Below are positions 34,325-45,550 of a DNA stretch of 64,000 nt, piece after piece (within the stretch, counting starts at the first letter, position 1; each line of letters opens with the position of its first letter). The stretch covers positions 1 to 64,000 of IMG/VR virus record IMGVR_UViG_3300030330_006692; one strand, 5' to 3'. The notes under the pieces were generated by a model. It worked only from the letters and a program-made list of their open reading frames with translations, ran no database searches and was not told where the DNA came from. The translations under genes were made by a program, and so were the position numbers. Origin of the DNA: a virus. Its lineage: Duplodnaviria > Caudoviricetes.

Positions 34325-35659
34325 ATGGCTAAAAAAAATTATGTGTTAGATACGAGTGTCTGTTTGACAGATGCTGATGTAATCTACAAATTTGATAATC
34401 ATGATATTTTCATACCTCTCAAGGTGTTGGAAGAGATCGATGGACACAAAAAGCGACAAGATTCAGTTGGTTCTAATGCTAGACAATTCATTCGAACACT
34501 CGATACTTTAAGAGAGAAAGCAAATTTAGAGAAAGGTGCTCGTATCGGTAAAGGTATGGGTATTTTAAAAGTTGTTTCATATGCAATATTGAAGGAAGTG
34601 ATATTCCCACCTGACTTAGATATGAGACACCCAGATCATGCTATTATAGCAACAGCAAAAGCAATTCAATCAGACTGTGAGAACCGAAAAACAATTATGG
34701 TTTCTCGCGACATTAATATGAGGGTAATTTGCGACTCTATTGGGCTAGAAGCGCAGGATTATATTTCTGAAAAAGCTGCCCCATCGTTTGAAGAGTTGTA
34801 TAACGGATTTATTGTTCAATGTTTTGATGATGAGGTTATTGATCGGTTTTATGCAGGCGAAGATATAATGATTACTGAAGACGAAGCTGAGCAACCTATG
34901 TATCCAAATCAATATGTTATGATGGTGTCAAACGCCAATGATAAAAAGTCTGCGTTAGCAAAATTTAAAAATCACCATGAACCACTCCAGAATGTAGTTA
35001 ATAAAAATATTCATGATTGGAAGATAGACGCACGCAATAAGGAACAGGCATTTGCCATCGATATGCTAATGAATCCCGACATTAAAATTGTATCGTTAGT
35101 TGGACGTGCCGGATCGGGTAAAACATTATTAGCAATTGCTGCCGGATTACAGCAAACAATAGGATTGCGTACAGATGAGAACCACTATTCACGATTAATA
35201 GTTTCTCGTCCTGTGCAGCCACTTGGAAAAGATATTGGATTCTTGCCAGGGACTATGGAAGAGAAGATGCTTCCTTGGCTGATGCCTATTCAAGACAATC
35301 TCAAATTTCTTATGGGAGATAGGACGTCTTTAGAGATGTATATGGAAAAAGGCAAAATTGAAATCGAAGCGCTTACGTACATCCGCGGAAGATCAATTTC
35401 TAACGCATTTATTGTGATAGACGAAGCACAAAATTTAACCAAACACGAAATTAAAACTATTATTACACGTATCGGCGAGGGTACTAAAATTATCCTTACT
35501 GGTGATGTTGAGCAAATTGACAATGTTTATGTTAATGAAACTTCAAACGGCTTGGCACACGCAGTAGAAAGCTTTAAAGAGTACCCAATCGCAGGACATA
35601 TGACGTTCAAGAAGGGTGAGAGATCTGAATTAGCAACTCTTGCTTCAAAAGTCTTGTAA
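34325..35659 (+). CDS. phoH: PIN-domain PhoH-family ATPase
   Basis: YVLDTSV PIN; GRAGSGKT; IGFLPG; YIRGRS; IDEAQN. Confidence 0.92.
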   Translation: MAKKNYVLDTSVCLTDADVIYKFDNHDIFIPLKVLEEIDGHKKRQDSVGSNARQFIRTLDTLREKANLEKGARIGKGMGILKVVSYAILKEVIFPPDLDMRHPDHAIIATAKAIQSDCENRKTIMVSRDINMRVICDSIGLEAQDYISEKAAPSFEELYNGFIVQCFDDEVIDRFYAGEDIMITEDEAEQPMYPNQYVMMVSNANDKKSALAKFKNHHEPLQNVVNKNIHDWKIDARNKEQAFAIDMLMNPDIKIVSLVGRAGSGKTLLAIAAGLQQTIGLRTDENHYSRLIVSRPVQPLGKDIGFLPGTMEEKMLPWLMPIQDNLKFLMGDRTSLEMYMEKGKIEIEALTYIRGRSISNAFIVIDEAQNLTKHEIKTIITRIGEGTKIILTGDVEQIDNVYVNETSNGLAHAVESFKEYPIAGHMTFKKGERSELATLASKVL

Positions 35660-35700
35660 AATAGTTTATTGTATGTTATATTAATAAAGGAGACTTTACA

Positions 35701-36024
35701 ATGAGTAAAGAAAAAGTAACTAATATCGAAGAAATTCTTGATGCAGCTATAAGCGAAGAAGAAGCTCATTCAAATGAAATGCTAGCCATGGCAGTTAAAT
35801 CAGATACGGAACTAAAGAATATTCTTGTTGAATATGTTGGAACAAAGTTTGACAAGGAAGAGGTTACCGTAAATATGATTGCAGAAACAATGGCGCACGA
35901 ATTCCCAGAGTTTGTTTTTGCTTTTGCGGAAGAGAATTTTTTGCGTGGTTATCAATTAGGATTAGACGATGCTTATAAAACACTTGATGGAAAAACACCA
36001 GACTTCACAACAAAAGAACAGTGA
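35701..36024 (+). CDS. Hypothetical protein
   Basis: Promoter TTGTAA-N17-TATATT (35654) and AAGGAG. Confidence 0.7.
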   Translation: MSKEKVTNIEEILDAAISEEEAHSNEMLAMAVKSDTELKNILVEYVGTKFDKEEVTVNMIAETMAHEFPEFVFAFAEENFLRGYQLGLDDAYKTLDGKTPDFTTKEQ

Positions 36025-36664
36025 CTTCTACACGCCAACAGGCATTCACGTTTATTTTAAAGAACCAGTTGCGTCAGACATTGATGTAGAGAATGTTGTA
36101 GCAAAATTAGAATCAAAATTACCTGCACACCTTTTAGAAGAAATTGAAATGATAATTGTGGGTTGGTTTAAGGAATTTGAAGAGCGTGATATTAATGCTT
36201 TTTATGATGGCGGAACAATATATGTATCTAATCTACAAGATGACGAAGATGATATGTATGACGATCTTGTGCACGAAGTGGCGCACTCAATCGAGTCACC
36301 GCATGGATATTATTTATATGCGGATGAAAAAATCAAGAATGAATTTCTTGCCAAGCGAGCAATGTTGCATGATATTTTGTGGAATATGGGATACAAGACG
36401 CCTAAATCATTTTTTAACGAGATTGAATATAATCAAGAATTTGATGATTTTCTCCACAAAAAAGTTGGATATGATAAATTAGCAAGAGTAATGCAAGGGT
36501 TGTTTATTAACGTATACGCAGCAACCTCTCTAAGAGAATACTTTGCAACAGCATTTACAGATTTTTATTTAGATAGTAATCATAATTTTCTTCAAAAAGT
36601 ATCTCCAGCAGTGTATGAAAAATTAATTAATATTCAAAATCAAGAATTACTTGACTCCATGTAA
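35969..36664 (+). CDS. Zinc-metalloprotease-like protein
   Basis: HEVAH...REYFATAF. Confidence 0.65.
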   Translation: MLIKHLMEKHQTSQQKNSDFYTPTGIHVYFKEPVASDIDVENVVAKLESKLPAHLLEEIEMIIVGWFKEFEERDINAFYDGGTIYVSNLQDDEDDMYDDLVHEVAHSIESPHGYYLYADEKIKNEFLAKRAMLHDILWNMGYKTPKSFFNEIEYNQEFDDFLHKKVGYDKLARVMQGLFINVYAATSLREYFATAFTDFYLDSNHNFLQKVSPAVYEKLINIQNQELLDSM

Positions 36665-36702
36665 GTATCATGTTATATTGAAGATACATCATTGAGGCTT
36701 AG

Positions 36703-37467
36703 ATGGCACATATATCATTTTCTGAATTAAAAGACTGGGCACATTGTCCGTATTATCACAAACTTACACGTGTTGATGGTATTGATGGATTTACTGGCAA
36801 CGAATACACCGCTTTTGGATCCGCGCTTCACTCCGTTTGTGAAAAGAAACTACTTGAAGAGGAATTATCTGAAGATTTTTTTGTTCAAGAATTGAAAAAG
36901 AACATTTCTGAATTAGAGGATGATGTAGATAATAAACTAGTTCACCAAATGATGAAGCAAGGGAATGATATCATCCCAGAAATTGACGATGCACTGTCGG
37001 ACTATTTTGAAGATTTTGAGGTTCTTGCTGTAGAGATGCCCTTGATGGAAGATATTGAAGGGCATGATGAATATAAATTCAAAGGATTTATCGATGCTGT
37101 AGTGGCAACTCCAGACGGTAAAATACATATTTTTGATTGGAAGACTTGCTCTTGGGGCTGGGATGCCAGAAAGCGCGCAGAGCCAATGGTTACATACCAA
37201 TTAACACTTTATAAAAACTACTTTTGTCAAAAAATGAATGTAGATCCAAAAGATGTAGAAACTCACTTTGCACTACTTAAGAGAACCGCCAATAAAAATA
37301 GGGTGGAATTTTTTAGAGTAACTTCTGGTGCGAGAAAGACAGAAAATGCCCTTAAATTATTAAACAAAGCGTTATACAATATCAAAAAACAACGTTATAT
37401 TAAGAATAAGCTGTCATGCACTAAGGGCTACGGCTGTAAATTTTATAACACAAAACATTGCTCATAA
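36703..37467 (+). CDS. PD-(D/E)XK nuclease (Cas4/AddB-like)
   Basis: HCP; GSALH; GFIDAV; DWKT; QL.LY; C-terminal Cys cluster; promoter at 36651. Confidence 0.85.
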   Translation: MAHISFSELKDWAHCPYYHKLTRVDGIDGFTGNEYTAFGSALHSVCEKKLLEEELSEDFFVQELKKNISELEDDVDNKLVHQMMKQGNDIIPEIDDALSDYFEDFEVLAVEMPLMEDIEGHDEYKFKGFIDAVVATPDGKIHIFDWKTCSWGWDARKRAEPMVTYQLTLYKNYFCQKMNVDPKDVETHFALLKRTANKNRVEFFRVTSGARKTENALKLLNKALYNIKKQRYIKNKLSCTKGYGCKFYNTKHCS

Positions 37468-37478
37468 GGAATTAATAA

Positions 37479-38762
37479 ATGCAAAAAAAGAAAATTTTGG
37501 TTTTATCAGATCATCCGTTATCACCATCCGGTGTAGCAGGACAAACAAAATACTTTATCGAAGCGCTACTCAAGACGGGCAGATATAAATTTGTATGTCT
37601 TGGCGGCGCCATGAAACATGAGGACTATACTCCAGTTGCCGTCGACGGTTGGGGGCAAGATTTTGTAATCATCCCGGTTGATAATTATGGAAATAGCGAA
37701 ATTATTCGCTCGATTCTACAAAAAGAACGCCCAGATTTGTTATGGTTTATGACAGATCCTCGTTTTTATGATTGGCTGTGGGAAATAGAGAATGAGGTGA
37801 GATCTTATGTTCCCATGGTATACTATCATGTTTGGGACAATTTTCCGATACCGTACTTCAACAAAGCGTGGTATGATTCTACAGATGAAGTAATTGCTAT
37901 TTCAAAAGTCTCAGCAAAAATAGTCGAAACCGCATCACCGGAGTCTTATTCAGGGTATATTCCCCATGCTGTTAACTCTTCAATTTTTTACAAATATACA
38001 GAGTCAGACAAGTTAGCAAAAGTCAAGGACATTCGACGTCAAGTTATAGAAGCTAGCGAAAAATTTAGAAGTCCAAATAAAAAAATATTCTTCTGGAATA
38101 ATCGAAATGCTCGCAGAAAGCAATCTGGAACATTAATTTGGTGGTTCAAGGAGTGGCTTGATAAAGTTGGGCATGACAAGGCAACATTGCTTATGCACAC
38201 TGATGCTGAAGATCCCCATGGGCAACCACTTCCTCACTTAATTGAACACCTAGGAATAACAGACGGGCAAGTGCTGTTGTCAACCAATAAAGTTAGCCCA
38301 CAAGAATTAGCTGATTATTACAACATGGCTGATTATACAATTAATATTTCTGATGCAGAAGGTTTTGGTTTGGCTACTTTAGAGTCTTTATCCTGCGGGA
38401 CTCCTATTATTGTAAACATGACTGGAGGTTTGCAAGAACAAGTAACAGACGGAGAAAATTGGTTCGGCTGGGGAATTCAACCTAGCAGTAGATCCATCAT
38501 TGGTTCATTGCAGGTACCTTACATTTATGAAGATAGAATAAATCAGAAAGATTTTGAAAAATCATTATCCCAGGCTCTTAAATTAAGCAAGCCAAGATAT
38601 AAAAAAATGGCTCAATTAGGCATCAATCATATTCAAAAAAATTACAATTTTGAAACCTTTGAAAATAGCTGGATAAACAAAATTGATGAAATTATAGAAA
38701 GCCATGGCTCCTGGGAAAGCCGAAAGAATTATTCTCGTTGGACATTAAAGGAGATAGCATGA
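37479..38762 (+). CDS. GT4 glycosyltransferase
   Basis: EGFGLATLESLSCGTPII. Confidence 0.88.
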   Translation: MQKKKILVLSDHPLSPSGVAGQTKYFIEALLKTGRYKFVCLGGAMKHEDYTPVAVDGWGQDFVIIPVDNYGNSEIIRSILQKERPDLLWFMTDPRFYDWLWEIENEVRSYVPMVYYHVWDNFPIPYFNKAWYDSTDEVIAISKVSAKIVETASPESYSGYIPHAVNSSIFYKYTESDKLAKVKDIRRQVIEASEKFRSPNKKIFFWNNRNARRKQSGTLIWWFKEWLDKVGHDKATLLMHTDAEDPHGQPLPHLIEHLGITDGQVLLSTNKVSPQELADYYNMADYTINISDAEGFGLATLESLSCGTPIIVNMTGGLQEQVTDGENWFGWGIQPSSRSIIGSLQVPYIYEDRINQKDFEKSLSQALKLSKPRYKKMAQLGINHIQKNYNFETFENSWINKIDEIIESHGSWESRKNYSRWTLKEIA

Positions 38763-40003
38763 GAAAAAGCATTTTACTAAAAGGCCCACTATTGACTCGG
38801 AGTGGATATGGAGAACAAACGCGATTTGCACTGCGCGCCCTTCGTAGCCGCCCAGACTTATTTAATATTTTTATTCAGCCGCTACAGTGGGGGCAAACTT
38901 CTTGGGTAAACGATGTAAGCGACGAGCGTACTTGGATTGATCAAACAATTGAAAAAACAATTGCACATATCCAACAAGGTGGGCAATTCGATGCATCCCT
39001 GCAGGTTACAATCCCCAACGAGTTTGAAAAAATTGCAAGATTTAATATAGGTTATACTGCCGGCATCGAAACAACAAAAGTGGCGCCCCAGTGGCTGCAA
39101 AATTCGAATGAAATTGTAGACAAGTTGATTGTTGTTTCCAGGCACTCGAAGAATATATTTGAAAACACTGTGTATAGAGCCGTAAATGAACAAACCAAAG
39201 AAGAGTTCGATTACAGATTAAGTGTTCCTATTGATGTTGTAAATTATCCAACAAAAAATTATTCCAAATTACCAAATATTGATCTTGATTTGGAATATGA
39301 CTTTAATTTTTTAATTGTATCTCAATATGGTCCAAGAAAGAACATAGCAAATACTATTAAATGGTTTATGTCAGAATTCAAAGATGAAGAAGTTGGATTA
39401 GTGGTAAAGACTAATATGGCTAAAAATAGTCATATTGATTTTATAAACACGGAAGTTAAGCTTCACAAGATTATGCAAGATGTACCGGAGCTTAAGGATA
39501 GAAAATGTAAGGTATACTTACTTCATGGGGATATGACAGATGAAGAAGTACACTCTCTCTATTCGCATCCCAAGATTAAAGCCTTTGTTTCTTTGGCTCA
39601 CGGCGAGGGATTTGGATTGCCATTATTCGAAGCAGCATACACTGGTATTCCTGTTGTTTCTGTTGGATGGTCTGGGCATTTAGATTTTCTAATCGACGAT
39701 TCTAATAAAAGTCAATTTTACAACGTTGCATTTGATATCAATAATGTCCAAGAAGAGGCAGTGTGGGAGGGAATCATCCAGCCCGACAGCAAATGGGCAT
39801 ATGCTAGAGAAAATTCTGCAAAGGAGCAAATGAGGCTATGTTATGAAGATGTGACTAACAACAACATCGATTATGTTCAGACACATGCTGAATTCCTGAG
39901 AGATAAATTTAACGAAGACGATCTTCATAAACAATTTGTTGATTCGATCATTTCAGTTGTTGGCGAAGCTGAACCCCAAGAAGCACAGGTTTTCGTATTG
40001 TGA
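38759..40003 (+). CDS. GT4 glycosyltransferase
   Basis: SGYG; RKN; GEGFGLPLFEA. Confidence 0.88.
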   Translation: MRKSILLKGPLLTRSGYGEQTRFALRALRSRPDLFNIFIQPLQWGQTSWVNDVSDERTWIDQTIEKTIAHIQQGGQFDASLQVTIPNEFEKIARFNIGYTAGIETTKVAPQWLQNSNEIVDKLIVVSRHSKNIFENTVYRAVNEQTKEEFDYRLSVPIDVVNYPTKNYSKLPNIDLDLEYDFNFLIVSQYGPRKNIANTIKWFMSEFKDEEVGLVVKTNMAKNSHIDFINTEVKLHKIMQDVPELKDRKCKVYLLHGDMTDEEVHSLYSHPKIKAFVSLAHGEGFGLPLFEAAYTGIPVVSVGWSGHLDFLIDDSNKSQFYNVAFDINNVQEEAVWEGIIQPDSKWAYARENSAKEQMRLCYEDVTNNNIDYVQTHAEFLRDKFNEDDLHKQFVDSIISVVGEAEPQEAQVFVL

Positions 40004-42012
40004 AAAAAGTAATTTATTGTGCTCAATTTTTAGATTTGTCTGGGTATGGTATCGCAGCACGCAGATATCTAGATTGTTTGGACTTAGCTATTGATGATAA
40101 AGAAATAGATTTGAAAATATACTCATCGATAGCGGCACCAGTTGAGCTGACGAGTCTCACTTCTCGCGAGCAAGAGTTGATTAAAAAATACTCCTTTGTT
40201 GATGATGAGGAAATTTCTAAGTTTATCGAAAACAATGATTATGAGTGTATTTGGCATATGCCAACTCCAATGCCTCTATTTGCTGACGAACGTTTTAAAA
40301 CGACAGATGGTATCAAAACGCCATGCTTGGTTAAACTAATAAAATCATCTAAAAGAAATCATCATTTGGTTGTATGGGAGACAACTGACATATGCAACGA
40401 GTGGAGAGAGTCGCTTGAATGGCTCAAGCCACACAGCATTATCACAGCATGTGAAATGAATGTTGAATTGTATTCAAAATATTGCGACAATGTTCTTTTA
40501 GCTCCTCATCCAATATATGATATTGATCTTGTAAAATCTAAGCCACTAAATTTACCTAATAATCTAAAAGATAAGTTTGTGATTTTTGCAATGTCTCAAT
40601 GGACACATCGCAAGGGCTTTGATAAGTTATTGGCTGCATTCACAGCAGAGCTAGGCAATCACGATGATTGTGTTTTGATATTAAAAACGTTTGAATCTTC
40701 TGAAGCCTCAACTGTTGAACAAATCGCAAATACAGTAAAGGGCATACGCGACTCTATAAGTCTAGAAGATAAGAAAAATAACATATTATTATTGCCATCT
40801 TATGTGGAAGATTCTAATATTAAATGGCTATACGAAAATAGCGATGTTTTTGCTCTGCTGCCCCGCGGTGAAGGTTTTGGTTTAACAATTTTTGAAGCAA
40901 TTTTAAATGAATTACCAGTGATTGTACCCGATCAGGGTGGGCATTTAGATTATATTGATCCTGAAAATAAATTCATGGTATCCGGAATGTGGGATACGTG
41001 TCTTGTGCCAAATCCAGTCTACTCTATTGATAGTGAATGGTATGAGCCAAGTGTTTCAAGCGCCAGGAAAAAATTAAGACTTGCCTACGATATGTGGAAA
41101 GAAGATAAACTAGCCGCAGAAGGTAAAAAACTAAAGCAAACGCTATTGAACAATCATAACTTTGATGCTAAAAAGATAGGAAAAGACATAGTAGAGCACG
41201 TCTTTGGTGATCTAAATGGTGCTTATTCTGAACATGTTCTTAAAAGAAACAGGCTTAGAAAAAAAATATCACTTACCAATGACTTACAAAGAAAGGTTGA
41301 TATTTTAAAAGATTCTTACGAGGGCGACACGGCTTACATCTTAAATTGCGGTCCAAGCTTAGGGAATTATTCAGAAGACTTCCTAAAAGAGTTTTTATCA
41401 GACAAACTAACAGTCAGTGTCAAACAGGCTTATGATGTTTTTCCAGGTGTAACAGATTTTCACTTTTTTAATTGCGCAAATCTGCCAATGCCTTCGGGTA
41501 AGCCGATATTGCAGCATTACACATATGATGAGCATACTCGCCCAATTGTTGTTGCCAGCAGTAATTACGATCTTGGGCAACGTTGGCATCCTTATCAAAA
41601 ACATGATTTGTTTTTTAAAATTCCAATTCGGACTGAAATAAACAATGAATTTGTAACGTTAACTAAAAAATTCGATGATTTTTTGTTCTCTAATTCCTTG
41701 ACACGCCCTTGCGGACCGGGTATAATGTTAGAAACAGTACTTTTCTTAACTGTTCATTTAGGGGTAAAAAGGATAATTGGATTAGGTTGGGATCTTACCA
41801 ACGATAATGTAAACGAAGATACGTATCAACATTTTTATGGAAACACAAAAGATTTGTTTAATCGAGGAGATGTTTTGGATTGGGAAATACAAGCCGGAAG
41901 AGAATCTTCAAAGGATGTTTTCTACTGGCTTCAAAAACATGGAATTGAATTACAATTAGTATCCGATATAAGCACTCTATATGAAGGCATAGAAAGAGTA
42001 AAATTAGATTAA
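40000..42012 (+). CDS. GT4 glycosyltransferase fused to Maf/GT42-like domain
   Basis: GEGFGLTIFEA; C-term ILNCGPSL...LGWDL...HFY. Confidence 0.8.
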   Translation: MKKVIYCAQFLDLSGYGIAARRYLDCLDLAIDDKEIDLKIYSSIAAPVELTSLTSREQELIKKYSFVDDEEISKFIENNDYECIWHMPTPMPLFADERFKTTDGIKTPCLVKLIKSSKRNHHLVVWETTDICNEWRESLEWLKPHSIITACEMNVELYSKYCDNVLLAPHPIYDIDLVKSKPLNLPNNLKDKFVIFAMSQWTHRKGFDKLLAAFTAELGNHDDCVLILKTFESSEASTVEQIANTVKGIRDSISLEDKKNNILLLPSYVEDSNIKWLYENSDVFALLPRGEGFGLTIFEAILNELPVIVPDQGGHLDYIDPENKFMVSGMWDTCLVPNPVYSIDSEWYEPSVSSARKKLRLAYDMWKEDKLAAEGKKLKQTLLNNHNFDAKKIGKDIVEHVFGDLNGAYSEHVLKRNRLRKKISLTNDLQRKVDILKDSYEGDTAYILNCGPSLGNYSEDFLKEFLSDKLTVSVKQAYDVFPGVTDFHFFNCANLPMPSGKPILQHYTYDEHTRPIVVASSNYDLGQRWHPYQKHDLFFKIPIRTEINNEFVTLTKKFDDFLFSNSLTRPCGPGIMLETVLFLTVHLGVKRIIGLGWDLTNDNVNEDTYQHFYGNTKDLFNRGDVLDWEIQAGRESSKDVFYWLQKHGIELQLVSDISTLYEGIERVKLD

Positions 42013-42024
42013 CAAGGAGAAGGC

Positions 42025-42885
42025 ATGGAATTATTCGATCCATACAACACAAGACAAAAGACACCATTCTTTATTGCCGAAATAGGCATTAATCACAATG
42101 GCGATTTAGATATAACCAAGAGACTTATAGACATGGCAGTTGCAGCCGGCTGTGATGCTGTAAAGTTTCAAAAAAGGGACATTGATACAGTTTACACCGC
42201 TGAGTATTTAGCTGGAAATAGAGAAAGTCCCTGGGGTACTACACAAAGAGAGCAAAAGGAAGGCTTGGAATTTACCAAAGAAGATTACGATATAATTGAT
42301 AGTTATTGTAAGGAAGTTGGCATTCTATGGTCTGCGTCAGCATGGGACATTCAAAGTCAACATTTTTTGAGACAATATAATCTTCCATTTAATAAGGTGG
42401 CATCAGCGATGTTAACTTACACTGAACTACTAAAAGAAATTGCCAGTGAAGGAAGGCATACATTTATTTCCACTGGAATGTGTAATTTTGAAGATATTGA
42501 TCATGCGGTGAATATTTTTAATGAATGTAATTGTCCCTACACATTGTTTCATTGTGTTTCAACGTATCCTTGCGCCGACGAGGATTGCAACTTAAATTTG
42601 ATCAAAACTCTTCAAGATCGATACAGCTGTCCTGTTGGCTATAGTGGACATGAATCCGGCACATTACCATCTATGTTGGCTGTCGCTATGGGTGCTAGTG
42701 CAATTGAAAGGCACATTACTTTAGATAAGGAAATGTATGGCTCCGATCAGTCTGCCTCAATTGAGCCTGACGAGCTAAATGCCTTGATTGAACAGATTTC
42801 GGTAGCATCTACGATCGTTGGAACAGGCATGAAAACATTCTCAGCGGCAGAGCAAGCTGTGGCAGATAAACTTAGATATTTTTAG
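42025..42885 (+). CDS. neuB: NeuB-family nonulosonic acid synthase
   Basis: IAEIGINHNGD; DAVKFQKR; GYSGHE; IERHITLD. Confidence 0.92.
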   Translation: MELFDPYNTRQKTPFFIAEIGINHNGDLDITKRLIDMAVAAGCDAVKFQKRDIDTVYTAEYLAGNRESPWGTTQREQKEGLEFTKEDYDIIDSYCKEVGILWSASAWDIQSQHFLRQYNLPFNKVASAMLTYTELLKEIASEGRHTFISTGMCNFEDIDHAVNIFNECNCPYTLFHCVSTYPCADEDCNLNLIKTLQDRYSCPVGYSGHESGTLPSMLAVAMGASAIERHITLDKEMYGSDQSASIEPDELNALIEQISVASTIVGTGMKTFSAAEQAVADKLRYF

Positions 42886-42893
42886 AAGTTTAT

Positions 42894-43616
42894 ATGATAG
42901 AAATGTTTCCCATATTAAAAGATAAGAACGTTCTTATCACAGGTGCCACTGGCGGACTTGGAAGATGCATCGCTGCTGAATTTGTTAAGCATGATTGTAA
43001 TCTATTTTTAACCGGCAGGGATGAAGAAAAACTTCAAAGATTGGCAACTAAAATAGCCACCACAAATAAAGTTTTCTATATGACGGCAAATTTAGAAAAC
43101 ATAGGTGAAGTGAAACAATTATCAAGTTCCGCACTTGAGTGCTTAGGAAAGATAGATGTTTTAATTAATTGTGCGGGTGTTTTTGTTGTAAAAGCCCTTA
43201 AAGACACAGAAATTGAAGATTTTAATAAATCTTTTGAATTAAATGTTCGTGCTCCGTTTTTGCTAACACAAGATCTTGTAGGTAGCATGATTAAAAATGA
43301 GTGGGGCAGAATAGTCAATATCGGCTCCTCATCTTCCTACAATGGCTTTAAAAACACTTCGGTATACTGTGCGTCAAAGCACGCCTTACTTGGGCTCACA
43401 CGGGCAATACACGACGAATATAGGACTAAAAACATACGCTCATTCTGTTTTTCTCCGGGCTCTATTCAAACAGAGATGGGAAGAAAAGTAAAAAATCAAG
43501 ATTTTGATACCTTTATTGATCCAGAAGAAATAGCTAAGCATATTGTATTTTCAATATCTTTTGACGGTGAGATGATATCAAATGAAATACAACTAACAAG
43601 GATAAACATTCAATGA
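42894..43616 (+). CDS. SDR oxidoreductase
   Basis: TGATGGLG; YCASK. Confidence 0.9.
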   Translation: MIEMFPILKDKNVLITGATGGLGRCIAAEFVKHDCNLFLTGRDEEKLQRLATKIATTNKVFYMTANLENIGEVKQLSSSALECLGKIDVLINCAGVFVVKALKDTEIEDFNKSFELNVRAPFLLTQDLVGSMIKNEWGRIVNIGSSSSYNGFKNTSVYCASKHALLGLTRAIHDEYRTKNIRSFCFSPGSIQTEMGRKVKNQDFDTFIDPEEIAKHIVFSISFDGEMISNEIQLTRINIQ

Positions 43617-44380
43617 AAATGGGCATTATACAAGGTAGACTATCTCCTCCAACAGAGGGGTTTCAGGATACTCCTTCGGATTGGAAAAAGGAATTTGATT
43701 TACTGCAAGATATGGGCTTAAATCATATTGAGTGGATTGTAACTGAAAAATCTTTTGAGAATAATCCAATTTTCACTGAAGATTTAAGCAACTATTCAAT
43801 TAGCTCTATTTGTGCAGACAATCTAGTGAGTGAAAAAATTATAGATACTGAATTCTTATCCGATAATTTGACTCCAATTTGTGAAGCTGCAATTCGTAAT
43901 AAAATTAAAAATGTCACCATTCCAATTTTAGAAGAGTCCAGTATGAGCGACATAAAAAAGAGAGATAAGTTCATTATTGAGATTCAAGAGTTTTCTGACA
44001 AATATAGTAAATTAAATTTTTCTTTTGAAATTGAAGACAAGATGGACGTAATTGCTGACATAATTTTTATGCGTGATAATTTCTATTTAACGTATGATAC
44101 CGGCAATATGACAACGGTTGGGGTAGAACATGATGTATATTTACATTTATTTCATGAAAAAATAAACAACGTTCACCTAAAAGACAGAAACAGGGATAAT
44201 GAAACAGTTAATCCGCTAACAGGAGCAACAGAATTTGAAAAAATATTTGCCAAATTAAAAGAATTGAGTTATAATGGTTTATATACTCTTCAAACTGCAA
44301 GAGGGAACTTTGGCGAAGAAGAGAAGACTATCAAAAATCATACAAAATTATTTAAGGAGTTGTATAATGAGTGTTCGTAA
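43613..44380 (+). CDS. Sugar-phosphate isomerase/epimerase (TIM barrel)
   Basis: GIIQGRLSP; YDTGN; VHLKD. Confidence 0.8.
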   Translation: MKMGIIQGRLSPPTEGFQDTPSDWKKEFDLLQDMGLNHIEWIVTEKSFENNPIFTEDLSNYSISSICADNLVSEKIIDTEFLSDNLTPICEAAIRNKIKNVTIPILEESSMSDIKKRDKFIIEIQEFSDKYSKLNFSFEIEDKMDVIADIIFMRDNFYLTYDTGNMTTVGVEHDVYLHLFHEKINNVHLKDRNRDNETVNPLTGATEFEKIFAKLKELSYNGLYTLQTARGNFGEEEKTIKNHTKLFKELYNECS

Positions 44381-45188
44381 AGTATTTGATTTAACTGGAA
44401 AAACTGCCATGATTACGGGTGCCGGCGGCTTGCTTGGGCCTAAGCATGCCGAAGCAATTATCGAGTTTGGTGGCAATGTTGTACTAACAGATCATCACAT
44501 TGATAGAGTAGAAGCAAAAGCAAAGATGTTAAATGAAAAATACGGCGACGGCGTTGCGCGTGCATACCATATGGATGTAACTGATCCTAAGTCAGTTCAA
44601 GCTGTTGTAGATTTGTGCGATAAAATTGATATCTTAATCAATAACGCAGCGAAAGATCCAAAAGTTAAAAAAGGCGGCGGCTTAACACCCGACAGTAGGT
44701 TCGAAACAATGACTCCGGAATATTGGCAGGAAGGTGTTGACGCCGCAATGAATGGCACATTTTATTGTTCTCAGTCTGTAGCAAATAAAATGCTAGAAAA
44801 TGGTGGTGGAGTTATTCTAAATATAGCATCCGATCTTGGAGTTATTGCGCCAGATCAAAGGCTGTATCGTCAAGATAACGTTGATGAAAACATGCAGAAC
44901 GTCAAGCCAATCACCTACTCAGCAGCAAAATGGGCAATTGTAGGAATGACAAAGTATCTTGCTGTATATTTTGCAGAAAAGAACATCAGAGTGAATTCTA
45001 TCAGCCCTACTGCTGTTTATAACAATCATCCGGAAGAGTTTGTGGATAAATTAACAAACATAATTCCTATGAATAGAATGTCACACATCGACGAATACAA
45101 GGGTGCAATCGTTTTCATGTGCTCAGATGCCAGCTCTTATATGACTGGAGAAAATGTTGTTATTGATGGAGGAAAATCAGTATGGTAG
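44367..45188 (+). CDS. SDR oxidoreductase
   Basis: TGAGGLLG; NNA; YSAAK; DGG. Confidence 0.9.
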   Translation: MSVRKVFDLTGKTAMITGAGGLLGPKHAEAIIEFGGNVVLTDHHIDRVEAKAKMLNEKYGDGVARAYHMDVTDPKSVQAVVDLCDKIDILINNAAKDPKVKKGGGLTPDSRFETMTPEYWQEGVDAAMNGTFYCSQSVANKMLENGGGVILNIASDLGVIAPDQRLYRQDNVDENMQNVKPITYSAAKWAIVGMTKYLAVYFAEKNIRVNSISPTAVYNNHPEEFVDKLTNIIPMNRMSHIDEYKGAIVFMCSDASSYMTGENVVIDGGKSVW

Positions 45189-45550
45189 AGCACCTTATTC
45201 ATCCTCCAATGAAATATGTTGAAAAAGGCTGGGGATATGAAAAATGGATTGTAAACAAAGAGGAATATTGCGGAAAACTATTATTCTTTAAGAAAGGAAA
45301 GCAGTGTTCTTGGCACTTCCACAAAAAGAAAGACGAAGTATTCTATCTCCAGTCAGGAAAAATGATTGTAAAGTATAGCGATGGCGATAATCCAGAATTA
45401 GCTAAACAGATTATTTTGGAAGCAGGGCAAAATTTCTATGTACCGATTGGCTTAAGGCATCAAATGTATGCCCTAGAAGATTCGTATCTTTATGAGTTTT
45501 CCACGCAACACTTTGATAGTGATAGTCATAGGATACACCGCGGAGACTGA
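45182..45550 (+). CDS. Cupin sugar isomerase
   Basis: KGWGYE; SWHFH.KKDE; H. Confidence 0.8.
   Translation: MVEHLIHPPMKYVEKGWGYEKWIVNKEEYCGKLLFFKKGKQCSWHFHKKKDEVFYLQSGKMIVKYSDGDNPELAKQIILEAGQNFYVPIGLRHQMYALEDSYLYEFSTQHFDSDSHRIHRGD

Noticed and set aside
36703-37467. Cas4 as part of a CRISPR-Cas locus
   Set aside because: Stand-alone PD-(D/E)XK nuclease, common in phages; no array or other cas genes
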